Assembly: GCA_046759985.1 (NCBI GenBank) | Contig: JBHIDH010000001.1 | Span: 8,634 to 32,633 of the forward strand | Origin: Thermoplasmata archaeon | Lineage (GTDB): Archaea; Thermoplasmatota; Thermoplasmata; RBG-16-68-12; JAJISG01 | Length of the DNA: 24,000 bases | Reading direction: 5' to 3' | Part shown: positions 1-8,239 of the stretch, piece after piece | Position numbering within the stretch: the first letter of the stretch is position 1 | How the letters are laid out: the number at the start of each line of letters is the position of its first letter | The notes under the pieces: generated by a model | Database searches by the model: none | The model's input: only the letters and a program-made list of their open reading frames with translations | What the model was told of the DNA's origin: nothing | Translations under genes and position numbers: made by a program

Positions 1-1
1 G

Positions 2-1618
2 GTGGAGCCCAGCCTGGCGGGCCCCAAGCGACCCCACGACCGCGTCGCACTCGCCAAGATGAAGGACGCCTTCGCGCGGGTTCTCACGGCGCCGACGGCC
101 GAGCAGGGGTTCGCCCTGGACAGGGACGCCCTGGGCCGGACGGTCCGGGTGGTGTACGACGGGCAGCGGTACACGCTCGGCCACGGGGCCGTCGTGATCG
201 CGGCCATCACGAGCTGCACGAACACCTCCAACCCCGCCGTGATGCTGGCCGCCGGGCTGCTGGCCAGGAAGGCGGTGGAAGCGGGGCTTGAGGTCCCCCG
301 CTACGTGAAGACGAGCCTCGCCCCCGGCTCGGGGGTGGTCACCGCCTACCTGAACGCGTCGGGGCTCACGGACCCCCTGGAGCGGCTCGGGTTCTTCCTC
401 GTCGGGTACGGGTGCACCACCTGCATCGGGAACAGCGGCCCCCTCCCCCCCGAGGTGGCCCAGGCGGTGGTGGAAGGCGACTTGGTGGCCGCGGCCGTCC
501 TCAGCGGCAACCGGAACTTCGAGGGCCGGATCCACAACCAGGTCCAGGCGAGCTACCTGGCCTCCCCGCCCCTGGTGGTCGCGTTTGCCCTAGCGGGGTC
601 GACGGCGGTGGACCTGACCACGGAGCCCCTGGGGCGGGGGAGGGACGGGCAACCCGTCTACCTCCGGGACATCTGGCCCACGCAGGAGGAGATCCGGAAG
701 GTCGTGGCCTCGGCCATCACCGCCGAGCAGTTCCGGGAGCGCTACGCCTCCGTGTTCACGGGCAACGAGACCTGGAACGCTCTCGAAGGCGTCGACGACG
801 CCGTGTATCCGTGGGATCCGGCGTCCACCTACATCAAGGAGCCGCCCTTCTTTCGGGATCTCGCGCCGGAGCCGGCGGCCATCCAGGCGATCCAGGGGGC
901 CCGGGTCCTCGTCCTTCTCGGGGAATCGGTCACCACGGACCACATCTCCCCCGCCGGCGCCTTCCCGGCGGACAGCCCCGCGGGGCAGTACCTCATCGAG
1001 AAGGGAGTCGAGCCGAGGGATTTCAACTCCTACGGGTCCCGACGGGGGAACGATCGAGTCATGACCCGGGGGACCTTCGCGAACGTCCGGCTGAAGAACC
1101 TCCTCCTGCCGGGCACGGAAGGAGGGGTGACCCTCCACCTCCCTAGCGGGGACCAGATGGGCATCTTCGAGGCCGCTCAGCGCTACCGGGAGGAGGGCAC
1201 GCCCCTCTTTGTGCTGGCAGGGAAGGAGTACGGTTCGGGGAGCTCCCGGGATTGGGCGGCGAAGGGGACCCTCCTTCTCGGGGTGAAGGCGGTCATCGCG
1301 GAGGGCTACGAGCGGATCCATCGCGCCAACCTCATCGGCATGGGCGTCCTGCCCCTCCAGTTCCGGGAGGGGGAGTCGGTGGCGTCCCTCGGCCTGACGG
1401 GACGGGAGGTGTTCTCCATCGAGGGGTTGGACGACGGCCTGCGGCCCGGACAGGAGCTCACCGTGCGGGCCGAGAGCGAGGACGGGAGCGCCCGAACCTT
1501 CTCCGTCCTCGTCCGGACGGACTCCCCCGTGGAGGTGCATTACTACCGGAACGGCGGCATCCTGCCCACCGTTCTCCGGCGGCTCCTCAGCGACGGGGAG
1601 ACCCAGACACGCCGCTAG
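2..1618 (+). CDS. acnA: Aconitate hydratase (AcnA/IRP type), C-terminal ~538 aa; 5' end lies outside the window
   Basis: ORF is open to the window edge. Fe-S ligand motifs ITSCTNTSNP and GYGCTTCIGNSG, plus SGNRNFEGR and GSSRDWAAKG. TAG stop at 1616-1618. Confidence 0.95.
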   Translation: MEPSLAGPKRPHDRVALAKMKDAFARVLTAPTAEQGFALDRDALGRTVRVVYDGQRYTLGHGAVVIAAITSCTNTSNPAVMLAAGLLARKAVEAGLEVPRYVKTSLAPGSGVVTAYLNASGLTDPLERLGFFLVGYGCTTCIGNSGPLPPEVAQAVVEGDLVAAAVLSGNRNFEGRIHNQVQASYLASPPLVVAFALAGSTAVDLTTEPLGRGRDGQPVYLRDIWPTQEEIRKVVASAITAEQFRERYASVFTGNETWNALEGVDDAVYPWDPASTYIKEPPFFRDLAPEPAAIQAIQGARVLVLLGESVTTDHISPAGAFPADSPAGQYLIEKGVEPRDFNSYGSRRGNDRVMTRGTFANVRLKNLLLPGTEGGVTLHLPSGDQMGIFEAAQRYREEGTPLFVLAGKEYGSGSSRDWAAKGTLLLGVKAVIAEGYERIHRANLIGMGVLPLQFREGESVASLGLTGREVFSIEGLDDGLRPGQELTVRAESEDGSARTFSVLVRTDSPVEVHYYRNGGILPTVLRRLLSDGETQTRR

Positions 1619-2148
1619 GGCAACCTCTCCCCGCAGTAGCTGCAGAACTGGGCATCCATCGCGATGGGACGGCCGCAATGGGGGCAGATGCGTCCTCCTA
1701 CGGCCCGTGGCGTCGCCACGTGCGGGGTCGCCGACACGGGCCCGACGACGTTGCCGATCTTGACGTAGGCGAGAATGAGGAAGATGCCCCCGACGATGAG
1801 GGCGAAGAAGAGGCCGAGGACGCCCAGGACGAGGCTCGGGGCCTGGGCCTTCAGGTAGTTCCCCGCCTCGATGTCCTGCAAGGTCCCCCAGGCCCATAGG
1901 GTCAGGAATACGGCGGCGCCCAGGAAGACGGCGGAAAAGAGGAAGGAAAAGAAGAAAGCCCCCGGAAAGCCGACCATGCCAGGCATCGTGAAAGCCGCGA
2001 CCGCGACCAGCGTCGTCAACACGCTGATCCCCGCCACCGCGGCGCCGATGATGTAGAACACGAAGCCGACAAGGGCGAAGGTCCGTGCGGACTGGGCTTC
2101 CGCTTGGGCATAGGCACTCATCGGCTCCCCCGTCTCCGAGCCCGCCAT
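1615..2148 (-). CDS. Membrane protein with C-terminal zinc-ribbon
   Basis: Several hydrophobic helices followed by CPHC-x10-CSYC at the C-terminus. The TATA-like box is centred 27 bp upstream of ATG 2148; the ORF-track GTG 2166 is too close to the box. Its stop shares the tetranucleotide CTAG with the acnA stop. Confidence 0.7.
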   Translation of the reverse strand: MAGSETGEPMSAYAQAEAQSARTFALVGFVFYIIGAAVAGISVLTTLVAVAAFTMPGMVGFPGAFFFSFLFSAVFLGAAVFLTLWAWGTLQDIEAGNYLKAQAPSLVLGVLGLFFALIVGGIFLILAYVKIGNVVGPVSATPHVATPRAVGGRICPHCGRPIAMDAQFCSYCGERLP

Positions 2149-2168
2149 CGTCCTCGGGAGGCACACTC

Positions 2169-2180
2169 AAACTAATAACC
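2169..2180. promoter_or_regulatory. TATA-like box (aaactaataacc) in a divergent spacer
   Basis: Only AT-rich pocket in the GC-rich spacer. It lies 27 bp from ATG 2148 (minus strand) and 41/80 bp from the candidate starts of the ABC ATPase. Confidence 0.45.
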
Positions 2181-2254
2181 CTTGGGCATCGCCCGCCGCA
2201 CGGGCCCTGGAAAGGGTGATATGCCCCGGTCGGTTGCCTCAGGGGGGGAAGACC

Positions 2255-3193
2255 GTGGAAGATTCCCTGGCGATCCGGGTCCAAGGTCTCACGAAGGTCT
2301 ACGGCGACCTTCGGGCCGTTAACGGCATCGACTTGGCCGTGCCGGAGGGTCGGGTCTTCGCCCTGCTGGGACCCAACGGGGCGGGGAAGACGACGACCGT
2401 GGAGATCCTCGAGGGCCTTCGCACGTTGACATCCGGGTCCGCCTACGTGCTGGGCCACGACGTCACCCGAGCGTACGACGCCATCCGGGCCGAGGTCGGT
2501 ATCCTCCCCCAGGACTTTCAGCCCTTCGACCGGCTCACCGCGCGGGAACACCTACGCTACTTTGCGGCGCTCTTCGGGAAACGCCTCGACAAGGCGGGGA
2601 TCGACCGCATCCTGGACATGGTCCGACTCAGCGACCGCGCGGACGAGCAGGCCCGCAAGCTCTCGGGGGGCGAGAAGCGGAAGCTGGGCATCGCCCTCTC
2701 CTTGGTGGGCGATCCCCGCCTCACCTTCCTGGACGAGCCCACGACAGGGCTGGACCCCAGCGCGCGCCGTGACCTGTGGCGGATCGTCCGCGGCCTGCGA
2801 GAGGGCGGCCGAACGGTGGTCCTGACCACGCATTACATCGAAGAGGCGGAGGCCCTCGCCGACGACGTGGCGATCCTGCTCAACGGCGAGATCGTCGCCT
2901 CGGGTTCTCCCCGGGAACTGGTCGATGCCCACGGTGGGGGTCGGACCATTCGCCTGGTGGGGGCGGGGTCGGCGGGGCTTGCGGCCTTGGCCAGGGCGGA
3001 TCTGGACATCGAGGTGGACGGCGAAGACCTAATCGTCCGTTCCGCCCTCTCGGACGGCCTGGGGCAGGTCTTCTCCGTCCTGGCCACGAAGGGGGTCTCC
3101 TTCCGGGACGTGCGAACCAGCCGGCCGCACCTGGAAGAGGTGTTCCTGAAGCTCGTGGGAGCCCGCCTGGAGGAGGGAGAGCTGCATCCATGA
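2255..3193 (+). CDS. ABC transporter ATP-binding protein (ABC-2 exporter type)
   Basis: Walker A GPNGAGKTT, signature LSGGEKRKL, Walker B LTFLDEPTTGLD, H-loop TTHY. GTG 2255, preceded by a G-rich SD-like run, gives the usual short N-terminus. An alternative GTG is at 2216. Confidence 0.92.
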   Translation: MEDSLAIRVQGLTKVYGDLRAVNGIDLAVPEGRVFALLGPNGAGKTTTVEILEGLRTLTSGSAYVLGHDVTRAYDAIRAEVGILPQDFQPFDRLTAREHLRYFAALFGKRLDKAGIDRILDMVRLSDRADEQARKLSGGEKRKLGIALSLVGDPRLTFLDEPTTGLDPSARRDLWRIVRGLREGGRTVVLTTHYIEEAEALADDVAILLNGEIVASGSPRELVDAHGGGRTIRLVGAGSAGLAALARADLDIEVDGEDLIVRSALSDGLGQVFSVLATKGVSFRDVRTSRPHLEEVFLKLVGARLEEGELHP

Positions 3194-4287
3194 GACGCGT
3201 TTGGGCCGACCTCGTTGCCTACGGGAAGCAGTACCTTCGCTCCCCCACGGCCACCTTCTTCACCCTCGCCTTCCCCATCCTCCTCATCCTGGTCTTCGGG
3301 GCCGTGTTCACCGGGTCGGAGGAGCTCGAGGTCACCCTCCATGTCCAGGATCGGGACGACACGGCGACCAGCCGCGGGCTCCTGACGAGCCTCAACGAGA
3401 CGGGCTTCCTTTCCTTGGTGCGGGTCTCCCCCGCGGAGGACCTCGAAGCCTACGTCCTGGAGCAAGACGTGGTCGCGGCCCTGGAGATTCCGGCTGGCTT
3501 CGAGGCCCAGGTGTTGGCGGCCCTGGGGGGGAGTCCCGTCCAGCCCCAGGTCGTCCTCTACGGCGACCCCTCGAACTCCGCCTTCCAGGCGGCCCAGGGC
3601 GCGGTCTTCGGGGCCGTCACGGGGTTCAACTTCGTCCTCGCCGAAACGCAGCCCATCGTGGGGGTCGGCCTGCGGAGCGTGGCACGGGAGACCCTCACCT
3701 TCATCGACTTCCTCATTCCCGGCATCATCGGCATCACCATCCTGACGCCCCTCTTCGCCACCGCCTCCCTCTCGGCGGAGTACCGCGAGCGCCACTACTT
3801 CAAGCTCCTCGCCACGACGCCCCTGGGCAAGGGGGAGTGGCTTCTCTCCCGGACCCTCTGGCTCCTCCTCCTGATCTTCGTCTCCGTGGCCTTCATGCTC
3901 CTGACCGCCCGCCTGGTCTTCGGGTCCGCCTTTGCCTTTACCCCCACAGCCGCCGCCCTGGTCGTGTCCGGGACCGTCCTCTTCACCTCCCTCGGCCTGG
4001 CCATCGGGAACTACGTCCACGAGATGGAGGCAGCGAACGCGGTGGCCAACGTCGTCTACTTCCCCATGATGTTCCTCTCGGGGACCTTCTGGCCCATCGA
4101 GATCATGCCAGACTTCATCCAGCCCGTTGCCCGGCTCCTCCCCCTCAGCTTCGTCAACGACGGGCTGCGAGACACCCTCATCTTCGCCAACACGGCCGGG
4201 GCGTTGGGGAACCTGGCCATCGTCGCCGGCCTGGCCGTGGTTATCTTCCTCATCGCCGCCCTGTCGATGAGCTGGCGCGTGGAGTAA
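3190..4287 (+). CDS. ABC-2 type transporter permease
   Basis: ATG 3190 overlaps the ATPase stop (ATGA). One N-terminal TM, then a large loop, then about 5 C-terminal TM helices, as is typical of ABC-2 permeases. The upstream part of ORF 2776..4287 is shadow frame. Confidence 0.85.
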   Translation: MRRVWADLVAYGKQYLRSPTATFFTLAFPILLILVFGAVFTGSEELEVTLHVQDRDDTATSRGLLTSLNETGFLSLVRVSPAEDLEAYVLEQDVVAALEIPAGFEAQVLAALGGSPVQPQVVLYGDPSNSAFQAAQGAVFGAVTGFNFVLAETQPIVGVGLRSVARETLTFIDFLIPGIIGITILTPLFATASLSAEYRERHYFKLLATTPLGKGEWLLSRTLWLLLLIFVSVAFMLLTARLVFGSAFAFTPTAAALVVSGTVLFTSLGLAIGNYVHEMEAANAVANVVYFPMMFLSGTFWPIEIMPDFIQPVARLLPLSFVNDGLRDTLIFANTAGALGNLAIVAGLAVVIFLIAALSMSWRVE

Positions 4288-4296
4288 GGCGGGGGC

Positions 4297-4815
4297 TCAG
4301 CTCGCCTTCAGGGCCGCCTCCACCTGCTCCAGGAAGGCGAGGACATCGGGATCCTCGATGCCGAGACGACCTAGGGCCTCCGCGGTCTTCCGCACGTAGT
4401 CGAGGCACGTACCTCCGGATCCTCGGGCCTGGACCACCATGGCCACCCGCTGGGTCGCTGGCAGCCGGCCGAGGTAGTCGGCGTGGCCCGGCCGATTGAG
4501 CGCCACCATCGCCTCGACCTCCGCGCTCTCCACGAGGATCCTGCGGCGCGTCACCTCGAAGGCCTCTCCTTCGAACGAGCGGAGGCGCTCCTCGATGCGC
4601 GGAAGCGCCGAGGCCTCCACCTTGTAGGCCACCCCTCCGCACCGTCCCCCCCGCTCGAGGCCGAGGACGGCACAGGGGGCTCCGGGACGGCCCCACTCCC
4701 GCCGGAACGCCATCACAAAGCCGCGGTGGTAACCCGGGAGCACCGCCCTCTCTCGGCGGAGATAGGGGAAGAAGGGATTCCACATGAGGGAGCCATAGCC
4801 GAATACCCAGGCCAC
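4297..4815 (-). CDS. ChaC-like gamma-glutamylcyclotransferase family protein
   Basis: N-terminus is (V)AWVFGYGSLMWNP, followed by GYHRGF and GLERGGRCGGVAY, matching the ChaC layout. GTG start. Confidence 0.8.
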   Translation of the reverse strand: MAWVFGYGSLMWNPFFPYLRRERAVLPGYHRGFVMAFRREWGRPGAPCAVLGLERGGRCGGVAYKVEASALPRIEERLRSFEGEAFEVTRRRILVESAEVEAMVALNRPGHADYLGRLPATQRVAMVVQARGSGGTCLDYVRKTAEALGRLGIEDPDVLAFLEQVEAALKAS

Positions 4816-4837
4816 GGGGCGGGAGCGAGGCCGGGGG

Positions 4838-5002
4838 TTAAGGCCTTCGAAGGCGGCGGGGTCGCAGCCAGGGTATCTTGCGCGCCGCGAGGGCGTACCC
4901 GCCGAAGATCAGGGATGCGACGACGAGGTACGCCGATACGTCGGCCCGAGAGGACCCCGAGCCCCCTTCCGCCGACGGAGGATGGCAGGACGCTTCGGTC
5001 AC
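4838..5002 (-). CDS. Candidate 54-aa single-TM small protein (below the ORF-track length cut-off)
   Basis: Hand translation gives (V)TEASCHPPSAEGGSGSSRADVSAYLVVASLIFGGYALAARKIPWLRPRRLRRP. One clear hydrophobic helix and GC3 near 78 percent. Ends 22 bp upstream of the ChaC-like start on the same strand. Confidence 0.25.
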   Translation of the reverse strand: MTEASCHPPSAEGGSGSSRADVSAYLVVASLIFGGYALAARKIPWLRPRRLRRP

Positions 5003-5037
5003 GAGGCCTTATCCCTACGGGCCGAATGGGCCGGACC

Positions 5038-5421
5038 ATGAGGCGTATCACCGGGAAGGCCCTGGAACTCGTCCAGCGACGCAACTTCGCCCACCTGGCG
5101 ACCCTCCTCCCCGACGGATCTCCCCACGTCACGCCCATGTGGATCGGGACCGAGGATGACCTTCTGACGATGAATACCGCGGTGGGCCGGGTGAAGTACT
5201 ACAACATTCAGAGGGACCCTCGGGTGGCCATCTCCCTCCACGACCGGGAGGACCCCTACGCCAAGGTCATCGTTCGCGGGCGCGTCGTCGAGGTCACTGA
5301 GGAAGGGGCCGTGGCGCACATCCACGAGCTCGCCCACAAGTATCTGGGACGCGACTTTCCCCTGCCGCCAGGGCAGACCCGGGTGGTCGTCCGGATTGAA
5401 CCCCTTCACGTGACCGTCTGA
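5038..5421 (+). CDS. Pyridoxamine 5'-phosphate oxidase-like (PPOX class, probable F420-dependent) protein
   Basis: NFAHLATLLPDGSPHVTPMW, NIQRDPRVAISL and VIVRGR fit the PPOX/Rv1155-like fold pattern. A weak TATA-like ccttatccc is centred 27 bp upstream of ATG 5038. An alternative ATG is at 5026. Confidence 0.78.
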   Translation: MRRITGKALELVQRRNFAHLATLLPDGSPHVTPMWIGTEDDLLTMNTAVGRVKYYNIQRDPRVAISLHDREDPYAKVIVRGRVVEVTEEGAVAHIHELAHKYLGRDFPLPPGQTRVVVRIEPLHVTV

Positions 5422-5526
5422 AGGCTGCGGTTCACCGCCGGTTCGGCCTTGGCGGGGGATGCCGGGGGCCGCGAAGCGGGGTCGTCCTCCGGCGCAGGAT
5501 GTTCGCACCCGCTAGCCCCCCGAGAG

Positions 5527-5538
5527 GGTTTATGTACT
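5527..5538 (+). promoter_or_regulatory. TATA-like box (ggtttatgtact)
   Basis: Centred 26 bp upstream of ATG 5558, the spacing expected for a leaderless archaeal mRNA. Confidence 0.5.
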
Positions 5539-5557
5539 GCCGGTCGGTGAAACGGCC

Positions 5558-6277
5558 ATGGGCGACATCGCACCCTTCACGGGCTTCCCGCCGGAGGGCC
5601 TGCACTTCCTCCAGACCCTCGCGAAGAACAACAATCGGGAGTGGTTCCAGGAGTACAAGCGCCTGTACCTCGACTACATCGTGGCTCCCGCCCAATCCTT
5701 CGTCGTCGCCCTGGGGGAGCGGTTGCAGGAGGCCTTCCCGGGAATCCGATACGACACCCGGACCAACGGGCAGGGGTCCATGGGACGGATCTACCGGGAC
5801 ATCCGCTTCAGCAGAGACAAGCGGCCCTACAACACCCACGTCTGGTTTGCTTTCTGGGACGGGCCGGGGAAGAAGATGGAGTCCCCGGGATTCGGCATCG
5901 GGTTCGACTGGCAGGGATGGGGCATCCACGGGGGCCATCACGTGTTCTCCCGGCCCCTGCTGGCGGCATACCGGGAGGCCGTGGACGACGAGACCCTGGG
6001 ACCCGAGCTGGAGGCGGCCGTAGCCCCGCTGCAAAGGGGAGGGGGGTTCGAGATCGGCGAGGCGAAGTACAAGCGGGTTCCCCGCGGGTACGACCCGGAC
6101 CACCCACGCGCGCATTGGCTCAAGTACGGCGGCCTGTGGGCGTCCAAGGAATTTCGGGAGACGGAGGTCCTCCAGAAACCGGAATTCGTGGACAGCTGTC
6201 TCGAGGTCAGCAAGGAGATGGGTCCGCTGCATCGTTGGCTTGTCAAGGTGGATGCGCGGGCGCGGGCAAAGCTCTGA
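5558..6277 (+). CDS. DUF2461 (TIGR02453) family protein
   Basis: FTGFPPEGLHFLQTLAKNNNREWF and GRIYRDIRFSRDKRPY are the family-typical motifs. Confidence 0.75.
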   Translation: MGDIAPFTGFPPEGLHFLQTLAKNNNREWFQEYKRLYLDYIVAPAQSFVVALGERLQEAFPGIRYDTRTNGQGSMGRIYRDIRFSRDKRPYNTHVWFAFWDGPGKKMESPGFGIGFDWQGWGIHGGHHVFSRPLLAAYREAVDDETLGPELEAAVAPLQRGGGFEIGEAKYKRVPRGYDPDHPRAHWLKYGGLWASKEFRETEVLQKPEFVDSCLEVSKEMGPLHRWLVKVDARARAKL

Positions 6278-6284
6278 GCCCCCC

Positions 6285-6302
6285 CTTCCCCGAGCGGGGA
6301 AG
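6285..6302. terminator. Stem-loop between convergent genes (cttcccc gagc ggggaag)
   Basis: Perfect 7-bp stem with a 4-nt loop, lying between the stops at 6277 (+) and 6327 (-). No T-tract follows, so terminator function is uncertain. Confidence 0.25.
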
Positions 6303-6326
6303 AACCGAGGCCCGCCCTGGTCCGAC

Positions 6327-6728
6327 CTAGGGGCCGTGTTCCCCTTCCAGAATGGCCTCCGCCTCGATCTCGACGAGCATGTCCGGATCGACCAGGCGAC
6401 GTACCTCGACCATGGTGGCGGCGGGTCGCACCGCCCCGAACGCCTCTCCGTGGGCCCGGCCGATCTCCTCCCACGCGTCGATGTCGGTCACGTAGATGCG
6501 GGTTCGGACGACGTCACGTAGGCGCGCCCCGGCCGCCTCGAGGGCCCCCTTGATGTTCCGGATGGCCTGGATTGTCTGGGCGTAGGGGTCTCCCCTTCCC
6601 GTGACCTGTCCCCCAGGGTCCGTCGCCGTGGTTCCCGAGACGTACACGTGGGGCCCCACGCGGAGGGCCCGCGAGTAGCCCACTCGACCTTCCCAGGGCG
6701 TGTCTGTGGTGATCCGTTTCCTCTTCAT
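6327..6728 (-). CDS. RidA/YjgF/RutC family protein
   Basis: TPWEGRVGYSRALRVGPHVYVSGTTA and VEIEAEA are typical of this family. The MKRKR start at 6728 gives the family-typical length. An alternative ATG at 6764 lies 24 bp from the TATA box. Confidence 0.85.
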   Translation of the reverse strand: MKRKRITTDTPWEGRVGYSRALRVGPHVYVSGTTATDPGGQVTGRGDPYAQTIQAIRNIKGALEAAGARLRDVVRTRIYVTDIDAWEEIGRAHGEAFGAVRPAATMVEVRRLVDPDMLVEIEAEAILEGEHGP

Positions 6729-6782
6729 CCTAACCCCGGGCGGGGGAGGGAGGCCGGAGGACATCCCGCTTTCGGCCGCATC

Positions 6783-6795
6783 GACTATAAGTAGG
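6783..6795. promoter_or_regulatory. TATA-like box (gactataagtagg), possibly bidirectional
   Basis: Lies 42 bp upstream of ATG 6830, with GGAGGGAAGGAG in between, and 24 bp from ATG 6764 on the other strand. Confidence 0.5.
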
Positions 6796-6829
6796 GACGG
6801 TCCCTGGAAATCGCCGGAGGGAAGGAGCC

Positions 6830-7162
6830 ATGCTTTGGATGCAGAGTTGGAATCTGAAGGAGGGCAAGGCGCGGGCGTTTCAGGAGTGGGAGCAGAAGAA
6901 CGAGGACCTGATCAGGAAGCACGCACCACCGGGATGGACCTATCGAGGCACGTACTTCTACGTCCTCGGGTTCGGCCGGTATAGCGTCGCCAACTTGTGG
7001 GAGTGCAGCACCTACGGCGACTTCGATGCTTGGCGGGAACACGGGGACGAGACCTTCACGCGGCTGATCGAGGAAGCAGGGGAATTTTCCTCCGAGGACG
7101 TGGGCGAATCGGCCCTCCTCCGCGGGGTCGGCGACACGCGCATCGTCGAACCTGAGGAGTGA
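6830..7162 (+). CDS. Hypothetical 110-aa protein (possibly a ferredoxin-like alpha/beta barrel)
   Basis: Strong SD (ggagggaaggag) 2 nt before the ATG and a TATA box upstream. The N-terminus MQSWNLKEGKARAFQEWEQK resembles ABM/Dabb-type starts. No firm motif found. Confidence 0.5.
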   Translation: MLWMQSWNLKEGKARAFQEWEQKNEDLIRKHAPPGWTYRGTYFYVLGFGRYSVANLWECSTYGDFDAWREHGDETFTRLIEEAGEFSSEDVGESALLRGVGDTRIVEPEE

Positions 7163-7363
7163 GGCGGCGACCTCGCGCCACGCCCATCGCGTCGCCGAAT
7201 GGGGGACCCAGCCCGCCCAGGCGCCCGGCCCAAACCGCCTAATACGAAGGAGGGCTAGGTCAGCCTGGAGGGGGGACGCCTTGCTCCCAGGGATGTTTCC
7301 GTGCTGCCCCAGGAACGACCATCCTCCCCCCTACGGGAAAACCCCAGAAACGAGAGGAGAATC

Positions 7364-7798
7364 ATGAGTTTAGAGGAGAATCTGAAGGTGCTTGACGCGG
7401 CGGAGAGGGCATTGCAGACACGCGACTGGGACGGCTTCGACGCGACCCACGCCGAATCGGTTGTCGTCTATTCCCCGACGACACCCGAGCCCACGAAAGG
7501 CCGGCAGTCCCATCGGGAGGCGCTCGAGGACATGGTGACCATGATGCCGGACATGAAACTGGAACGGGTTCGGGCCTTTGGGTCCGGGGACTGGGTCTGC
7601 GCGGAGCTCGTCATGACGGGCACGAACACGGGCCCGGTCTTGGGTCCGGGGAGCCAGGAGATTCCCCCCACGAACAGGCCCGTCCGTCTCGACCTCGTGA
7701 CGATCGGCAAGATCGTGAACGGGGAGATTGCCGAAGAACACGTCTACTTCGACAGAATGGGCTTCATGGCCCAACTCGGCCTCCTACCGGAGCGCTGA
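7364..7798 (+). CDS. SnoaL-like / ester cyclase (NTF2 superfamily) protein
   Basis: GAGAGGAGA SD 4 nt before ATG 7364. TGTNTGP, the IVNGEIAEEHVYFD pattern and the C-terminal GFMAQLGLLP match the family pattern. The upstream part of ORF 7301.. is unlikely to be coding. Confidence 0.7.
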   Translation: MSLEENLKVLDAAERALQTRDWDGFDATHAESVVVYSPTTPEPTKGRQSHREALEDMVTMMPDMKLERVRAFGSGDWVCAELVMTGTNTGPVLGPGSQEIPPTNRPVRLDLVTIGKIVNGEIAEEHVYFDRMGFMAQLGLLPER

Positions 7799-7851
7799 GC
7801 GTTCCCGGACATCCTCCCTGGGGCCTCCCCCACTGCTAGGCGGGTCCACGT

Positions 7852-7935
7852 GATCCCGCAGCGGTGGGTGCTATCGTCCCTGATAATGCGCCCACCACCT
7901 TCTTATTCACGTGACGACCTCGTTCCTGCGGGATC
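7852..7935. repeat. Nested inverted repeats in the intergenic spacer
   Basis: Perfect 10-bp inverted repeat gatcccgcag (7852-7861) / ctgcgggatc (7926-7935). Inner 9-bp stem ggtgggtgc (7863-7871) / gcgcccacc (7888-7896, one G-U pair). CACGTGA occurs twice (7847-7853 and 7908-7914). Confidence 0.6.
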
Positions 7936-7944
7936 GCGAGGATC

Positions 7945-8223
7945 ATGACCGGGGGGAATCGGGACCCGCGACCGCAGTACCTGATCTTCTGGTGGCTCGA
8001 CCAGACACCATACGTGGCGCGGTTCAAGGACGAAATAGAGGCCGATTCCGCGGCCCGTGCGCGCAACGCCCTTCTCCTAGAGATTCGGGAGGATGGGGAG
8101 GTCGGTCGGATCTTGGACTACTACCGCCGGGATGCGGAGGGGAACCCGATGCCGGCCGTTTGGCGGGAGCTATCCCGGGGTTACCGGGGAAGAGACCTGG
8201 CCTCGCTGCGTATTCCGGTGTAA
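7945..8223 (+). CDS. Hypothetical 92-aa protein
   Basis: ATG start with an AT-rich pocket (ttcttattcac) about 40 bp upstream. GC3-rich. No recognisable motif. Confidence 0.45.
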   Translation: MTGGNRDPRPQYLIFWWLDQTPYVARFKDEIEADSAARARNALLLEIREDGEVGRILDYYRRDAEGNPMPAVWRELSRGYRGRDLASLRIPV

Positions 8224-8239
8224 GGTCGGACGGACTCCC

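Noticed and set aside
590-2551. Very long ORFs in alternative frames or strands: 590..2551 minus, the upstream two-thirds of 10765..13593 minus, 2776..3189 plus, 3201..4499 plus, 17208..18281 minus, 19612..20697 minus, 10469..11377 minus.
   Set aside because: These are typical stop-poor shadow frames of high-GC DNA. Their products are Arg/Pro/Gly-rich low-complexity strings. They overlap genes with unambiguous catalytic motifs on the other frame or strand.
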